From contig OZ296656.1 of NCBI GenBank assembly GCA_965655095.1, positions 46,624,001 through 46,688,000 of the forward strand: a DNA stretch of 64,000 nucleotides. Reading direction: 5' to 3'. Made by a program: the position numbers and the translations under genes. This document shows positions 62,609 to 64,000 of this stretch, piece by piece (within the stretch, counting starts at the first letter, position 1; every line of letters starts with the position of its first letter). This DNA is from Haplodiscus bocki. Its lineage: Eukaryota. Below the pieces are notes generated by a model. The model was not told the DNA's origin, did no database searches, and saw nothing but the letters and a program-made list of their open reading frames with translations.

Positions 62609-64000
62609 ATTCAGGTGGAAGAAAGGCATTGTTTTGAAAATAGCATTTGATACTGATTCTACAGCAAATTTGCCACCTTTACCGATTTTGTAAAAATTCA
62701 AGTTTTTTCAAAAATAAACTAAATTTCATACGTTTTGAGAAATCTTTCTATTTCAGTCGAGTTCTACGGCAATTTTGCTGTAATTTGGTGATGAAAATTT
62801 TTCACGGTCAGAACTGTCGAAAATCGGATACTTCCACAGGCGACATCAATTGGCAAGTAAGCGTAAAAAACGTTTGCTTGTTGTGGATGATTTTCCTGAC
62901 ATATTAATATTATAAATATGGCGGAAAATGATAAATTTTGATATGGCGGAAAATAAAAAAGCATACATTATGTTTTGACCTAACGAAAGGGAAACTATAT
63001 GGTTTTCAATAGATTTCATCCAGCCTAATTGTGATTAGTTTTCTAAATAGGTGGATATGGTATGACTAGCCTCTTATCAAAGTCTTTCTGGGTGGTCTTC
63101 AAGAGAAGCATCTGCAAGACTACATTGAGAAAACAGACCAATTTTGTATTTCTACAATTCCTAGCCCGTTTCTGGATAGGAACGATTATCAGCTGCCCTG
63201 TACTCAACTGTACTGAAGCTGGCTCGCTTTCTTGGCAGGAATATCCAAAACAAATGGAAGACACTGAAAATTGGGCGATTGGCTGCCGACCCGAACACTG
63301 CATTTAACCTAATCAACAACCATCCAAAGATCAAACGGTAAAATGTGAGCTTTGCAACATCCAAGCAAACAACCTGTATTTGTCTCAATGAGATACTCTG
63401 TGGAAGCATATCTTTGACCTTCGAGAACTTCCAAGTAAGCCTGGTGCCTGTACAAGAGAAACTGTAAAATGCTGAAGAGCAGTTATGTTCACTTCTATGC
63501 CTGCCTGATAAAATGGAGAACTCAAAATCGATGGTCACCGAAAAGCAAAAACTACAGATCAATTCTGGTTGGTAGAATCACCTTCGCACGTTCGGAGAAC
63601 TTAGGTACACTAAAGACTTGAAACAGACCAGAAATCAGTAACAAAACTGCTGATACTGAAGCTTTACTACCTGTCGCGATGGCTTTTCTCTTCCTAAAGA
63701 CTATTCACAGGCGTGGTGAGAATAATGTAGGGAAATCAAAATGAACCTGTGAAAACTCGCAAGGATCTGAACGTTTTTGGCGTGAGTAAACCCCAACAAG
63801 CGAAGCACATCTTCGTGAGCTGAATATCTCAAACTGCAAACGAGGACGAACTGAGACAATGGTGCTTTTCTGACAACGCTGCAGAGTCAATCTTATCAGA
63901 TATTTCAAGGACAGATCGACTATTTAATAAAAGCTGTCTTCTTGCTTTCGAAGGTAAGTATGAATCACGGAAACTCAGTGAACTTCTGACCTGAAAATGT

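Noticed and set aside
63040-64000. Coding-looking segment as the missing 3' exons of the beta-subunit gene
   Set aside because: No YFPY/PLVAV/EC motifs in the plus-strand frames I read, which contain multiple stops; probably another decayed element, unassigned.

Overview
AT-rich eukaryotic (metazoan-type) genomic DNA; I cannot name the species from sequence alone. Bases 1-28947 are a head-to-tail satellite array of about 41 monomers of ~714 bp, continuing off the left edge. It has higher-order (dimer and longer) structure, chimeric monomers and more diverged monomers at both ends. Nearly all ORFs listed there are by-products of the repeat. The array stops at a 704-bp CACTG...CAGTG foldback MITE. 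About 25 kb of decayed transposons follow: a probable solo LTR, two degenerate Ty3/gypsy elements (one with both LTRs), a minus-strand CR1/L2-like LINE, a three-copy ~230-bp dispersed repeat and an old ~173-bp tandem array. The only convincing host gene is not resolved by the ORF track: four spliced plus-strand exons (56023-60243) of a divergent, compact Na+/K+-ATPase beta-subunit family gene that appears to lack the first disulfide loop. An intronless, disabled carbohydrate sulfotransferase (Sulfotransfer_2/CHST family) lies antisense just downstream, probably inside its next intron. I found no convincing novel multi-gene system; the best leads are the internal architecture of the satellite and the unusual beta subunit.
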